From Octopus bimaculoides (Eukaryota): a DNA stretch of 61,153 bases. Below are positions 25,698 through 37,663 of this stretch, in pieces (positions within the stretch are counted from its first letter, which is position 1; each line of letters starts with the position of its first letter). Below the pieces are notes generated by a model. The model did not search any database and was not told the DNA's origin. It worked only from the letters and a program-made list of their open reading frames with translations. A program made the translations under genes and the position numbers. The DNA is taken from contig NC_068999.1 in NCBI RefSeq assembly GCF_001194135.2, forward strand, positions 32,516,169-32,577,321, in the 5' to 3' direction.

Positions 25698-26510
25698 GTA
25701 AGTGCCCTAAGAGAAAAGTTGGACATAAGCATCAGATGAGGTGTGCAAGAGAGACGACTGCTGGTATGGTCAGGTGTTGCGTATGGACGAGGACAGCTGC
25801 GTGAAAAAGTGTCACACCCTAGCAGTAGAGGGAACTTGTGGAAGAGGTAGACACAGTAAGACCTGGGATGAGGTGGTGAAGCATGACCTTCAAACGTTGG
25901 GCCTCATCAAGGCAATGACAAGTGACCAAGACCTTTGGAAATATGCTGTACTTGTGAAGACCCAGCAAGCCAAGTGAGACCGTAACCATGGCCTATGCCA
26001 GTGCAACATAACCAGCCCATTTAAGAGTACCCTTCGATCATTGGGCAATAAACTGCGCTTGTGAAGACCTTTTGAGGCAAGTGAAGTCGTTGTTGTGGCC
26101 AATGACAGTACCACTGGATTGGCACTCATGCTGGTGGCACATAAAAAGCACCATTCGAGTGTAGTCGATGCCAGTTCCGCCTAACCAGCATACCTTGCCG
26201 GTGGCACATAAAAAGCACCATTCGAGCATGATCGTTGCCAGTGCTGCCTGACTGGCTCCCATGCTAAAAAGCACCATTCAAGCATGGTCGATGGCAGTAC
26301 TGCCTCACTGGCCCTCATGCCGGTGGCATGTAAAAAGCACCCACTACATTCTCAGTAGTTGGCATCAGGAAGGGCATCCAGCTATAGAAACATTGACAGA
26401 TTGGATTGGATTGGAGCCTGATGCAGACTTCTGGCTTGCCAGCCCTCAGTCAAACCGTCCAACCCATGCCAGCATGGAAAGCGGACATTAAATGATGATG
26501 ATGATGATGA
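25698..26510 (+). mobile_element. RTE LINE 3' end with four tandem 3'UTR units and (ATG)n tail
   Basis: WYGQVLRMDEDSCVKKCHTLAVEGTCGRGRHSKTWDEVVKHDLQTLGL (25741-25977), the 3'UTR, and the ATGATGATG tail at 26492. Confidence 0.9.
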
Positions 26511-26516
26511 GGAGGA

Positions 26517-26815
26517 ATAGACTGCAGTCATTCTGGGGTACCACTTTGGAGGATTTAGTTGAGCAAATCGATCCCAGTGCTTTTTTTGCTTTAAGTCTAG
26601 TACTTATTCTATTGCTCACTTTTGCCAAACTGCCAAGTTACAGGGACATAACCACTAATACTGGGGGACAGACACAGATGCACTGTTTACCAAATCCACT
26701 CACAAGGCTTTGGTCAGTCCAAGGCTATAGTAGAAAACACTTACCCAAGGTGCCATGCAGTAAGACTGAACCTGGAACCATGTGGTTGGAATGCAAGCAT
26801 CTTACCATACAATCA
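26517..26815 (-). mobile_element. Family-A SINE
   Basis: Reverse-complement homolog of 796-1240. Confidence 0.75.
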
Positions 26816-27594
26816 TTGATGAACTTCATCAACTTAAGATTTCATTCCCAAACAATTTGACTGATCTCTGTTGTTTACTTGTGTTCAAATAAGTTTTGCC
26901 TCTTTCCTTGCGCTGTCCTAAATGACAACAGTTTCAGCCACACTAAATGAAAGAGAAGTATTGTCAGTGGTCCTTGTTCCACTGTACACCATAGTAATGT
27001 CTCCAGTAACATAATTCAGCAATTGTTTCCTTCTGTTTCACTCATCTTTATTAAAGAAGTTGCTATTGATTGATTTTACACTACTCCACTTTAATGAAGG
27101 CTTCTGCCATCACAACCAACATTAATATTTTCATCATCATTGCCATCACCTCCATTGTTATCATCACTACCACATCTATGACAATGGCCATCATCATTAC
27201 TCTTGTCACAGTTATAACCATCACCATTGTCATTGTCACTATCATGATCCATACCACCACCACCGTCACTCTTGTGACCATTTGTTTTAATGCTAGCCTG
27301 TGTTGGAATTATCTGCATTTTAGAAATTCTCTCTTTCTATCTCAGTCCTCTCTCGTTTGTGGACACAGAATTTTCAAACCTACTCTAACAACTTCCTTTC
27401 TCCCTTGATCTGTGTCTCCCATACAAGGATATTAACCACCCTACCTACCCATCTACCTGTTTCACAACCAGTATGTTTCTACCCTTCTTTTATCCTCTAG
27501 TCACATCACATCTCTAGGTAGTGTCGAGAAACACCAATTCAATGAAGAATTTGATGGTATTTTGTTATAAGTAAATGAAGACACTACACCCAAT

Positions 27595-28104
27595 TACTCT
27601 TACACAAAGAAGAATCGCTTATATGAGTAAGTTGTTTACGTTGCCCCCCCCCCCCCAGTACTCAACTAGTATTTATTTTATCACCCCCAAAAGGATGAAA
27701 GGCAGAGTCGACTTCAAATGATAATGATATCAAATTTTGACACAAGGCCAGCAATTTTTTTGGGGGGTGGGGTGGAGATAAGTTGATTACATTGATTCCC
27801 GTGTTTAACTGGTACTTATTTCATCAACCCTGAGAGGATGAAAGGCAAAGTCAACCTCGACAATAATAATGATAATAATGATAATGGTTTCAAATTTTGG
27901 CACAAGGCTAGCAATTTCAAAGTGGCGGGGAAGTGTAAGTCAATTATATTGACTCCAGTATTCAATTGGTACTTGTTTTATAGACTCTGAAAGGATGAAA
28001 GGCAAGGTTGACCTTGGTGGCATTTGAACTCAGAACATAAGGATGGATGAAACGTCACTAAGCATTTTGCCCGGCACAGTAATGATTCTGCCAGCTCACT
28101 GCCT
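27595..28104 (-). mobile_element. Head-to-tail array of 3 family-B SINE units (partly truncated) joined by AAT/GAT repeats
   Basis: CCCC(A/T)GAAAGGATGAAAGGC core at about 27686, 27829 and 27988; same unit as 3451-4823. Confidence 0.8.
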
Positions 28105-28114
28105 TATAATAATA

Positions 28115-28420
28115 ATCATCATCATTTAATGTCCACCTTCCATGCTGGCATGGGTGGGACAGTTTGACAGGAGCCGGCCAGGCAGAAGCATGCACCAGAC
28201 TTCTGTAACTGTTTTGGCAGGATTTTTTTACACCTTCCTAACACCAGCCACTCACTCAGCAAAGTGGACTTACTTCTTTTTACGTGGCACAAGCACAAGC
28301 AAGGTCAGTTTTGACAAGGTTTTTTATAGCTGGATGCCCTTCCAAATGCCAACCACTTTACAGTGTGGACTGGGTGCTTTTAAGTTGCACCTACACCTAC
28401 ACTGACAGGGTCATCAAGTA
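28115..28420 (-). mobile_element. RTE-tail non-autonomous repeat
   Basis: CATCATCATTTAATGTCC...CATGCTGGCATGGGT and ATAGCTGGATGCCCTTCCAAATGCCAACCAC match the RTE 3' end. Confidence 0.7.
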
Positions 28421-28988
28421 CTTGCAAAACAAAAAAATAAAAACTCTTTTGAGAGGTGAGGGGCATTGGCGGAGGTGATCTTGTGTCGGATGATGAAAGG
28501 TTATAGTTTGACAGAGAGACAGAAACAGGGGTCTTGTTGTAGAGGAGGTACAAGGTTACCAGGCCAGATAGAAAGAGAGAGATAGAGAGAGATCAGGAAT
28601 GAAGACAGAAACAAGTGCACTGCTGCAAAGGAAATACATGGTTACCCAACCTGAGGAAAATGAGACAGAGAGAGTGTGTGTGTGGGGGGGGGGGAAGCAG
28701 CAGGATAGAGTTGGTAGCAAAGATCTAGGCATACTCACAAGGGTCAGGGATCAGAACATAAATGAAATGGTTGAGTAAAGGAAGAGCTCACCACCTTAAT
28801 AAAAATAATAATGATAATAATAATAATAATAATACAGAAAATTGCACTACTGGGTACTGCACACATTCTACGCAAAACACTTTCAATATAGTAAACATAA
28901 GAGCACCACAGCAAACCACAGCACATACCCAAGGCGCACAGAGCTGCGCTCGGTAGTGAAGTGAAAGCACGTTATAAAAATAAAACTA

Positions 28989-29005
<17 letters not shown>

Positions 29006-29033
<28 letters not shown>

Positions 29034-29246
29034 CCTTTCTATTATAGGTACAAGACCTGAAATTTTTGGGGTGGGGACTAGTCAATTACATCGTCCCCAG
29101 TGTTTGACTGCTACTTAATTTATTGATCCCGAAAGGATGAAAGGCAAAGTCGACCTCAGTGGAATTTGAACCCAGAATATAGTGACAGGCAAAATACTGT
29201 GAAGCATTTTGCCTGGCACACTAACGATTATGCCAGCTCACCGCCT

Positions 29247-29248
<2 letters not shown>
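29006..29248 (-). mobile_element. Family-B SINE flanked on both sides by long (AAT)n
   Basis: Complete unit between (AAT)n tracts at about 28992-29032 and 29247-29301. Confidence 0.85.
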
Positions 29249-29302
<54 letters not shown>

Positions 29303-29307
29303 GTGCA

Positions 29308-29745
29308 GGGGTGTAGGCATGGCTGTGCAATTAAGAAGCTTGTTTCTCAAATATGTGGTCTTGGTTCAGTCCCAGTGCATTGTACTCTGGGCAAGTGTCT
29401 TCCTCTCTAGTGCTGAGCTGACCAAAACATTGTAAATGGACTTGATAGACAGAAACTAAAAGACTCCCATTGTGTGTGTATGCATGTATGTATGTATGTA
29501 TGTATGTATATATGCATGTATGTATGTGTGTTTGTGGGTGCTCGTCTTGACATGCTTGTCATACAAGCTATTTTGTTTGTTTCCAGTCCTCTGTGAAAAA
29601 CCTATCAGGCCATGGGGGAAATATCACCTTGCTTGGAAACAGGTTAAGGTTGGTGATAGGAAGAGTATCTGACTGTAGAAAATCTACCTCAACAGCTTAC
29701 ACCTAGCACATGCAAGCTTAGAAAAGTGGACATTAAATTTAAGTC
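29308..29745 (+). mobile_element. Family-A SINE head joined to an RTE-type tail
   Basis: GGCATGGCTGTGCAATTAAGAAGCTTG head, internal (ATGT)n, GATAGGAAGAGTATCTGACTGTAGAAAATCT...GAAAAGTGGACATTAAA tail. Confidence 0.65.
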
Positions 29746-31194
29746 TTCCTGCTTTTAGTTCTAAATACTCATGTGTACTTATTCTATATACTCATGTAAA
29801 TGCCTGTCCACCTAATTCTGACACATGCACATAACAACCATACACACTTGCATCTTCCGTTCAAATGTACATCATTCCGATTTTCTCCAGCTCTCACCTG
29901 CCTATAGTTATCAAATGAAGCTATTTATTTTTATCACATCCGCCAACAATTGTCATTAATTCTTGATATATATATATCTATTATATCACTTATCACACTG
30001 TTTCTTACACAATATATCTCACTTGACTATAGCTAAGAGATACATGGAAAGAAGAAATTAGTAAATGATTGATTCTGTCCTTAAAATGACCCACAGAGAT
30101 TCATACATCAAATATATTCCAGCTCTTTTGACTGTCAAAAGCAGCTTGGCCGCCCATCACTGATTTGCTTCTATTCATCTATCGTCTCTTCTAGCCATTT
30201 TCTCTTTCGTTCATATGGCTTCCCTTTCTGCCAACCCAGCTTTCTCTCTCTCTCTCTCTCTCTCTCGCTTGTTCTTTCATTTGTTAGTTTCTCTTTTTAT
30301 TTTTATTTCTTTCCTTCCATTTTGGTTCCATTTTCATTCAAAGATGAATGTCTTTGACACTAATTCAATAATGTTCGTTATTTTCCTATTTCCCTTATCC
30401 TCTGCGCATCTGTCACCATCACCACCACTGTTACCATCATTCCTGGTAATTCTTGTAGTGTTCAGGATTACTGGAAAGAATCTACCGAAACATTTGTATA
30501 AACAAGCCACAAGAGGCTTGAGCATGGCTATGCAGTTAAGATGTTCACTTTACCACCACTTAGTCTCAGGTTCAATCCCTAGTTGTAGTGCCTTGGGCAA
30601 GTGTTTTCTATTATAACCCCCATTTGACTAATGCCTTGTTAGTGAGGTTTGTGAAACAGACATTGTGAGTTAGCCAATTGCATGTTGCATGTTGTTTTGT
30701 GTGTGTTTGTATGTGTATTTGCATTGATGCTACTTGGGCAGCAGTGATGATTGACTCTCATCTCCTGGAATATCTGGAATGGTTTGACCGAATGCTCTAG
30801 TTGCCAACCCTCACCTGTTTCCAAATAAAGTTAATATTACCTCATGGTTAGATATTGTTTCTACAGAATATTGGGAATGAATGCGTGACAAACAGTGTTA
30901 TTCATATATATTCATTTACAACTATCACACAATATGAAGACAAGAAGATATAAACAGACTCATTTTCACATATGCACTTATTCACACACACACACGCACG
31001 CACGCACGCATGCTTACAGTTTCTGTCCACCAAGTCCACCTATAAGGCTAGTGTTTTCTATTCAGCCAGGGGCTAAAGTAGAAAACACTTGTCTAAGGTG
31101 CCATGCTGTGGTAGTGGTTTGGAAGCAAACTTCTTAACCACACAGTCATGCTTGCATCTTTGTGTGTGTCTGTATGTATATGCATGTGTAAATG

Positions 31195-31720
31195 TACCAA
31201 CTTGGTGTTATTTTCCAATCCTTTCTGGGACCAGGCACAACCCTTCAGAGCAGCAAAAGTATCAGTGGCCTTTATTTTTAGCCATGCAGTGATCTTATCG
31301 TGTAAATAGCAATGTCCGTTGAGAGTGCTACCTAGGTATGTAAACTTATCAACTACCTTCCATTTGTGGCCATCAGAATAGGTTGCTGGCTCTATGTTTG
31401 GCAGTCTAAGCACAAGTTGGTACATTATTAGTTTTGTCAAGGCTGATGGTGAGGCCAAAGGCCTTGCAGCAGCATGAATGTCTATCCACCAGGTTTTGTG
31501 TCACTTGTGCAGTGTGTGACTCAAGGTCACTATCATCCTCACCTAGTTTATGAAGTCTGAGACTGCATATGTATGTCCCACACAGGCCTGGTGATTCACC
31601 AGAGAAGCCAATTGGAAAGATCTGTTATAAACTACAACTTTCTAGCTGGGGACCAACTTCACATGCACTGTCTGCTAGAAAGTGTATATAAATCACCCAC
31701 ATTTACCTAGGCACATGAGG
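31195..31720 (-). mobile_element. RTE (BovB-like) RT fragment
   Basis: Minus-strand DDSDLESHTAQVTQNLVDR...KAFGLTISLDKT and VVDKFTYLGSTLNGHCYLHDKITA...WSQKGLENNTKL; a different lineage from the PHD-bearing RTE. Confidence 0.75.
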
Positions 31721-32584
31721 GTGCACTGAAAAAAATCATCAGAATGATCTGGAACAAACAAGAAGTCAGAATTTGTATGAACATCAAATTTATAACAAGT
31801 TCTGTAAGTCACTGGCAGGATTCAAGAGCCGTTGTCGTTCTCATAACATATGCTGTTATTCACTTCATTTAGTCAGAGATGGTCATATTAGTTTCATGAG
31901 TCAACAGCATCATAAATGTATCATGTCAAGGTTTGTTGTTAACTATAAAGCAAGGTTTGAATGTATAGATTGTTGAGATAATCTTGTCTTGTCAGTATAG
32001 GAAGGCCAGTCTGTTTAACTGGAGAGCAGCATACACATATGCACATGCACATATATACATGCATACTCATTCATTGGTGGCCATCTTCAACTGTGGGTCC
32101 TTTAATAATTGTCCTTCAGACAACCATATTTTTACAGCTACTACCATCTATGCTTCATCTTCCAGGAGCCCTCATAAACAAGGAAACTATGGTAGTGGTA
32201 GTATTTCATTGTTGCAAGACTTGTGTGAAACCTCGATTGACAAAACATCAATGATCACACCTGCGATCCATTATCCATATTGCAGAAGATGATACCTGCT
32301 CAGTGGAGCTTTATAATGATGTTGGGGTGCGTATTCAACTATAACATTAACATTGTTGTGAAGGAGATATTTCATGTGGCAAGTGGCAAAGGAAGTAGCC
32401 TAAAATGACTTGTATTTCCTTCCTCTCTTTCTGATGTGATTCTCCTCCAAAATTATCTCTTTCCATTTCATGTGGGTCACCACTACAAACATACAAACAA
32501 GCCAAGTATGAGAGCTCCTGTGGTTGCTTCAGTGTAACCATGTTACTGATCATGCTACTTCCTCTACTCTTACTCTAAAGTACA

Positions 32585-34541
32585 TCTATATCTATAAATC
32601 TCAAAATGTCTGTGTGTGTGTATGTGTATGCCTTTTATGCATTTCCACATTTTTCATTCAATTTTGATGAAATTTTTTTTATTAAATGGCAAATTTACCT
32701 AAGCAGGTCACTGTTGCATTACTGATGCCTAGAGATATCCACTTCTAGGAGAAAAATCGATAAAACTGAAGGGACCCCCCACTTTTTGCAAAAAAAGGCA
32801 AAAGTTGCACACGAGAAGAGTTTTTACAGGAATGTCTGGTTTTTATAATTTTGATGTCAAAAGGACCGTCATGTTACAACATTTCAGATAAATATTTTAG
32901 CACTGCCTTGAAGCCTTTGATTCCCATAAAAATTGCGAAAAACTTTGAAAAAAATTGATTTTTCGCAAAGTTTCATTGTAGAAAACTTTTTAGTGGAAAG
33001 TCTGATTTCCTTGGTTTTTACAACTAAAAAACCCACCATGTTATGGCTGTTCTATCAAGTATCTGTTCTATGTTCAAAGGCATCCCTGTGCAACAAAAAA
33101 TCACATAAAACTGTGAAAAAAAATCGATTTTTATACACTTTTCCCCTTTTAAATCTTCAAAAACTTCTCATTGCTTCGGTGGATTGCATTCAAGCTTTAC
33201 CCACTATTTACTCATCCTACGGATAATGTTAGGAGACTCCGATTTGCACAAAATCCATTTGTGTATGACCAACAATTGCGAAAAACAGTAGAAGGTTGGT
33301 TTTTTTGCCCTTAAATCCCTCATTTTTGACTGAACATGTGGGCCCAGCTTTTCAGCGACAACTTATCAGGTGACTTTTTCAGGCAACTTCTCACCATTGG
33401 TGATGGCACAGCTCCCTCTGATGCAGATGGAGAGATGGCTGTCTCACATGTAGGCACACCTGTGGACACTGTGGATGACCTTATGACAGCTGTTTTTCCC
33501 AATCTGCACATAAACTAACAAAACCTGAATTGACTGTGTGAAAAAGCCATATTAGCTACCAAAAACTCATTTGTTGCAAAACTCAATGAGGACCTACTGC
33601 GAAGCCTTCTTGGAAACCTTCACACCTACAAGTCTGTGGACACTGTTGTGTACCAAGAAGAGGCCGTTAATTTTCCTACAGAATTCCTCAATTCCTTGGA
33701 CCCCTCTGGACTACCTCCTCATCAACTGCACCTCAAAATTGGAGCTCTAGTCATGCTGTTGAGGAACCTAGAGCCACCATGTTTGTGCAACAGAATGTGG
33801 TTAGTGGTAAAAAATGTGCTGCCTCATGTTATTGAAGCAACAATTCTTATGGGTCACAGCATCAGAGACATCTTTATACCCAGGATACCTCTTACTCCAT
33901 CAGAATAGCAATGCCCCTGTCCCTCTTCAACTTTGCTTTGCCATGTCCATCAACAAGTCCCAAGGCCAAACACTAACAATGACAAGCCAACCATGCTTCT
34001 TGCACGGCCAATTATACATCAGATGCAGAAAAAAATCTTTACATGTTTGCCCCAAAAGCCAAAACAAAAAATGTCTACTGTAAGGTGCTGTAGGCTGTCC
34101 AACATGCCGCAGCTTCCCTGTCGAACCGGTTTATTGTTGAGCGAGTACTATTGCTGTTTTTCTTAAGTCTTTTTTTTTTTATTGGGTCTGCTACAACTTC
34201 TCAATCTCCTTGCAGATGGCTTGAGTTTTCGCATCACTGCACCCACTGCTTTTCATGTGAACGAAAAAGGACGTTTATATCTGTGAATGGTTAACAACCC
34301 TTTTCAGGGCTATTCATTCAATTGTTGCACCCCCTGTCATACACTTGTGGCTTCTCCAGGGCTTTTCACCCTGTTGTTACTACTTTATTTATGGTCTATT
34401 GGAAAAATCATTTCTTCCTCAGTGTCAATGTTTGCAACTTAATGCAAAAAATATTCAAATATACAACGAAGAAAATGGTAGAACCTATGAAGACCATTGC
34501 TGAGTATTTAATACCTAAGCAATGCCGGGTACTCCTGCTAG
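32585..34541 (+). mobile_element. Internally deleted Helitron with PIF1-helicase C-terminal remnant
   Basis: 5' A|TCTATATCTATAAA at 32584/32585; 3' hairpin TACCT...GGGTA then CTAG|T at 34538-34542. Peptides RQLLTIGDG, FPTEFLNSLDPSGLPPHQLHLKIGALVMLLRNL, IFIPRIPLTP and FAMSINKSQGQTL...HGQLY (33330-34090). Confidence 0.88.
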
Positions 34542-35404
34542 TCGTAAATAACCTCCTCACATTTCTCTTCCTCGTTATTGTAGCATATTTCCAAAGATGT
34601 CCTGGTCATTAGAAAAATGTTGCTGTGTGTCCCATTCTGCAAAAATGCAGCTGCCCTGATTCTGCCAATTAGTTTTATCATGCTTCCATCATCTTAAAGG
34701 TGGTGGAAACATTCATTAACTGTAACAACACCTTTCTCTTGATGTGGCTCAAGAACCTTATACTATCATAGAGAATGCCATGTTCATAAATGATGTCTTA
34801 ATTGTAAGTTGTCATTCCATTGAACACTTAAGTGAAAATTTCTTTTTGGCACTATAATTAGGTACAGTCAGTTGTGGTCTTGAATCGTCTTTGATTCACA
34901 AAAACATTGGGAATCATAATTCCAATCATCTCATAAGGTGCAGTCTATTGATAAAAGCAAAGTTAACTTAAATGGTAACACCAATTGTAGACATTCAACT
35001 ATATAGTTACTTTCTAATAAACAAAAGTTTTGGTTGTTTGTAGAATATCTGACTTGGCCATCTAAAGCAGTTCCTGCATGTTATGACTTTGTTTATTTCA
35101 GAATAAATAAAGAGGTAAACTTCCCTAGTTGGCTTAAATACCTTCAATTAAAGTCTACTGTATATGTAGACCTGAGATTTAATATTTGACAAACTTTCAA
35201 AATGTCCAGTAACTGTCATTTGATATTGCGGAACCAAAACCAGTTATCAAAATGGACAACTCTTACCTTTTGATAATACTAACTGAATTTACACATTACA
35301 CTTTTGTGTTTAGAAAGTAACTCTTCAAGCTGTCATTCAATGCCTTTATTCGTTATTCCACTTGTTTTGTGCTCCCTGTTTTATTCATAATAATTGTGGC
35401 ACTC

Positions 35405-35625
35405 CATTGTCATCATCATCATTTAACATCCGTTTTCTATGCTGGCATGGGTTGGACGGTTTGACTGAGGCCTCGAGAGCCAGCAGCTGCACCAGGCTCC
35501 AATCTGATCAGGCAATGTTTCTGCAGCTGGATGCCCTTCCTAACGCCAACCACTTCAAGAGTGTAGTGGGTGCTCTTTATATGCCACTGGCATAGGAATC
35601 AGTCATGCGGGCCTAGCATCGATCA
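35405..35625 (-). mobile_element. RTE-tail non-autonomous repeat
   Basis: CATCATCATCATTTAACATCCG...CAGCTGGATGCCCTTCCTAACGCCAACCAC. Confidence 0.75.
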
Positions 35626-35630
35626 CATGA

Positions 35631-35632
<2 letters not shown>

Positions 35633-35661
<29 letters not shown>

Positions 35662-36023
35662 TGGTTTCAAATTTTGCCACAAGGGCAGCCATTTGGGGGA
35701 GAAGACTAGTTGATTACATCGACTCCGGTGTTCAACTGGTACTTAATTTATCGACCCTGAAAGGGTGAAAGGCAAAGTTGACCTCAGCAGAATTTTTAAC
35801 TAATAATAATCCTTTTTACTAACAGCACAAGGCCCGAAATTTGGTGGGAGAGGATTAGTCGATTTATATTGACCCCAGTATTTAACTGGTACTTATTTTA
35901 TTGACCCCGAAAGGATGAAAGACAAAGTTAACCTTGGTGGAGTTTGAAGTCAATGTGAGGAGAGACAAAAAATGCCTCTAAACTTTTCATCTGCTGTGCT
36001 AACAACTCTGCCAGCTCGCTGCC
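35633..36023 (-). mobile_element. Two tandem family-B SINE units
   Basis: Units start after (AAT)n at about 35633 and 35800; same core as the other arrays. Confidence 0.8.
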
Positions 36024-37663
36024 TCCAGTTACAAGAGAATATTGTAACTATAACATTTCTATCAACTCTCCTTCAAAACCAGATGTACCAATTTCCGGTG
36101 CTGGACTCCTTACATTGATGAAAATGGATAGAAGAAATGAAGGAAGCTGTGATGCATCATTTAAATGTTCCAAAAACTTCCTTTGGTTTGGCCTTTTAGA
36201 GGAAATTCTAGGAACAAAAAGAAAAAAAATCATGTACCATCCAATTTGAAAAATCTGAATTTGGAGTAAATTTTATGTTGATGGACTACTTTAAGACTAG
36301 TACAATTCCATACAATCTGTCTTCATGAGTACATCTCTTGCACACAAAGACCACTTTCTCTGTTAATCTTTGTGAATAATTATACAATGTTTTAGAAAAA
36401 GATAATTACTGTTCATTTTGTTTTGTTAATTATTAGCTTTGATATTTCATCAAAAGTTCTTTTTTTAGTTGTGCAGTGATGGACAGTCTATTATATATAT
36501 TTTATAAGATGGTAAACAACATTGCTAGTGAATAAGTTCTGAAGTGTTGAAATACATCTATGATTGGCTATAAATTCCTTAAAATAATAGATTAAGTACT
36601 TATCCATCCAACACATCTATTTTTAATAATTCTGTTTCAACTAATCCATCAATACACACTGTTTATATCAACATATCCATTTACATACACACTGTCTCTC
36701 TTTAAATGTACCAACTTGTGCATGTGCGTGCACACACACAATCACACACACACACACACATGTATGTCAATTAGCCCATGTAAACACATTCACTATTTAA
36801 ATCCAGTTGTATCATTTAATTTAAACGCAAAAATAAACTAATAATTAAACATCATTTCTGTTTACTGACTCACAATTCTGTGGATAGAAGCAATATTTTA
36901 TGATTAGTTGGAACTGGGTGGTGGGGCAAAAGACCAATCGAGCTGTCTAGTAGCTAGTTCCTTCTGAAGTTTCCCCTCAAGATAGGTAATTGATCATCAG
37001 AACCGGGTGTAGGGGTAAAAGGCCAATTGAGCCATCTAGTAGCTGGTTGCTTCTGAAATTTTCCTCAGGATCACTGGTGCCTGCAGGAGAATGACGCAAA
37101 ATTCTCTCTGGTTAAGCACCTACCTGACCTGTCTTGAAACATAGAAGAATTCCAGTTGAGAGCAAGTCGTTGGAGCCTTTCTCTTTGTGAACTCCGATGG
37201 CATAGTGAAAGCAAGAACGCAACACATTGTTGTGCCTGCATTGCTCCCTTCCGGGGACAGTGTGACACACAGCACTTTGAAGCATCATTCCCAGGTCTGG
37301 TCCGTGTGTCTGCACTTCCGCACAAGTGTCACACATTCTCACTCCAACTTGGGTGTAACAGGCGGCCAGAGACGCAATAGATGGTGATCCATGCACAGTC
37401 GAGATGACCCTAGAGGAAACTCTGGTGGAAGTCTGAAGTGCCTCTGACATGCAAATCGATTTAATTATAGAAATTTTAAAATTAACTGAATGCAATTATC
37501 AACACACCATGAAAATGGACATAAGAGTATATAAAATGCATAATTTTTCTTACTTTTTCAACAAAATAGAATGTTTATATTAAATCATACTGTACTAATA
37601 TTTGGTTGACTATTAGCCATTTCTCTAAACAGAACTGCATCTGTAAGTTTGATCACTTTACTT

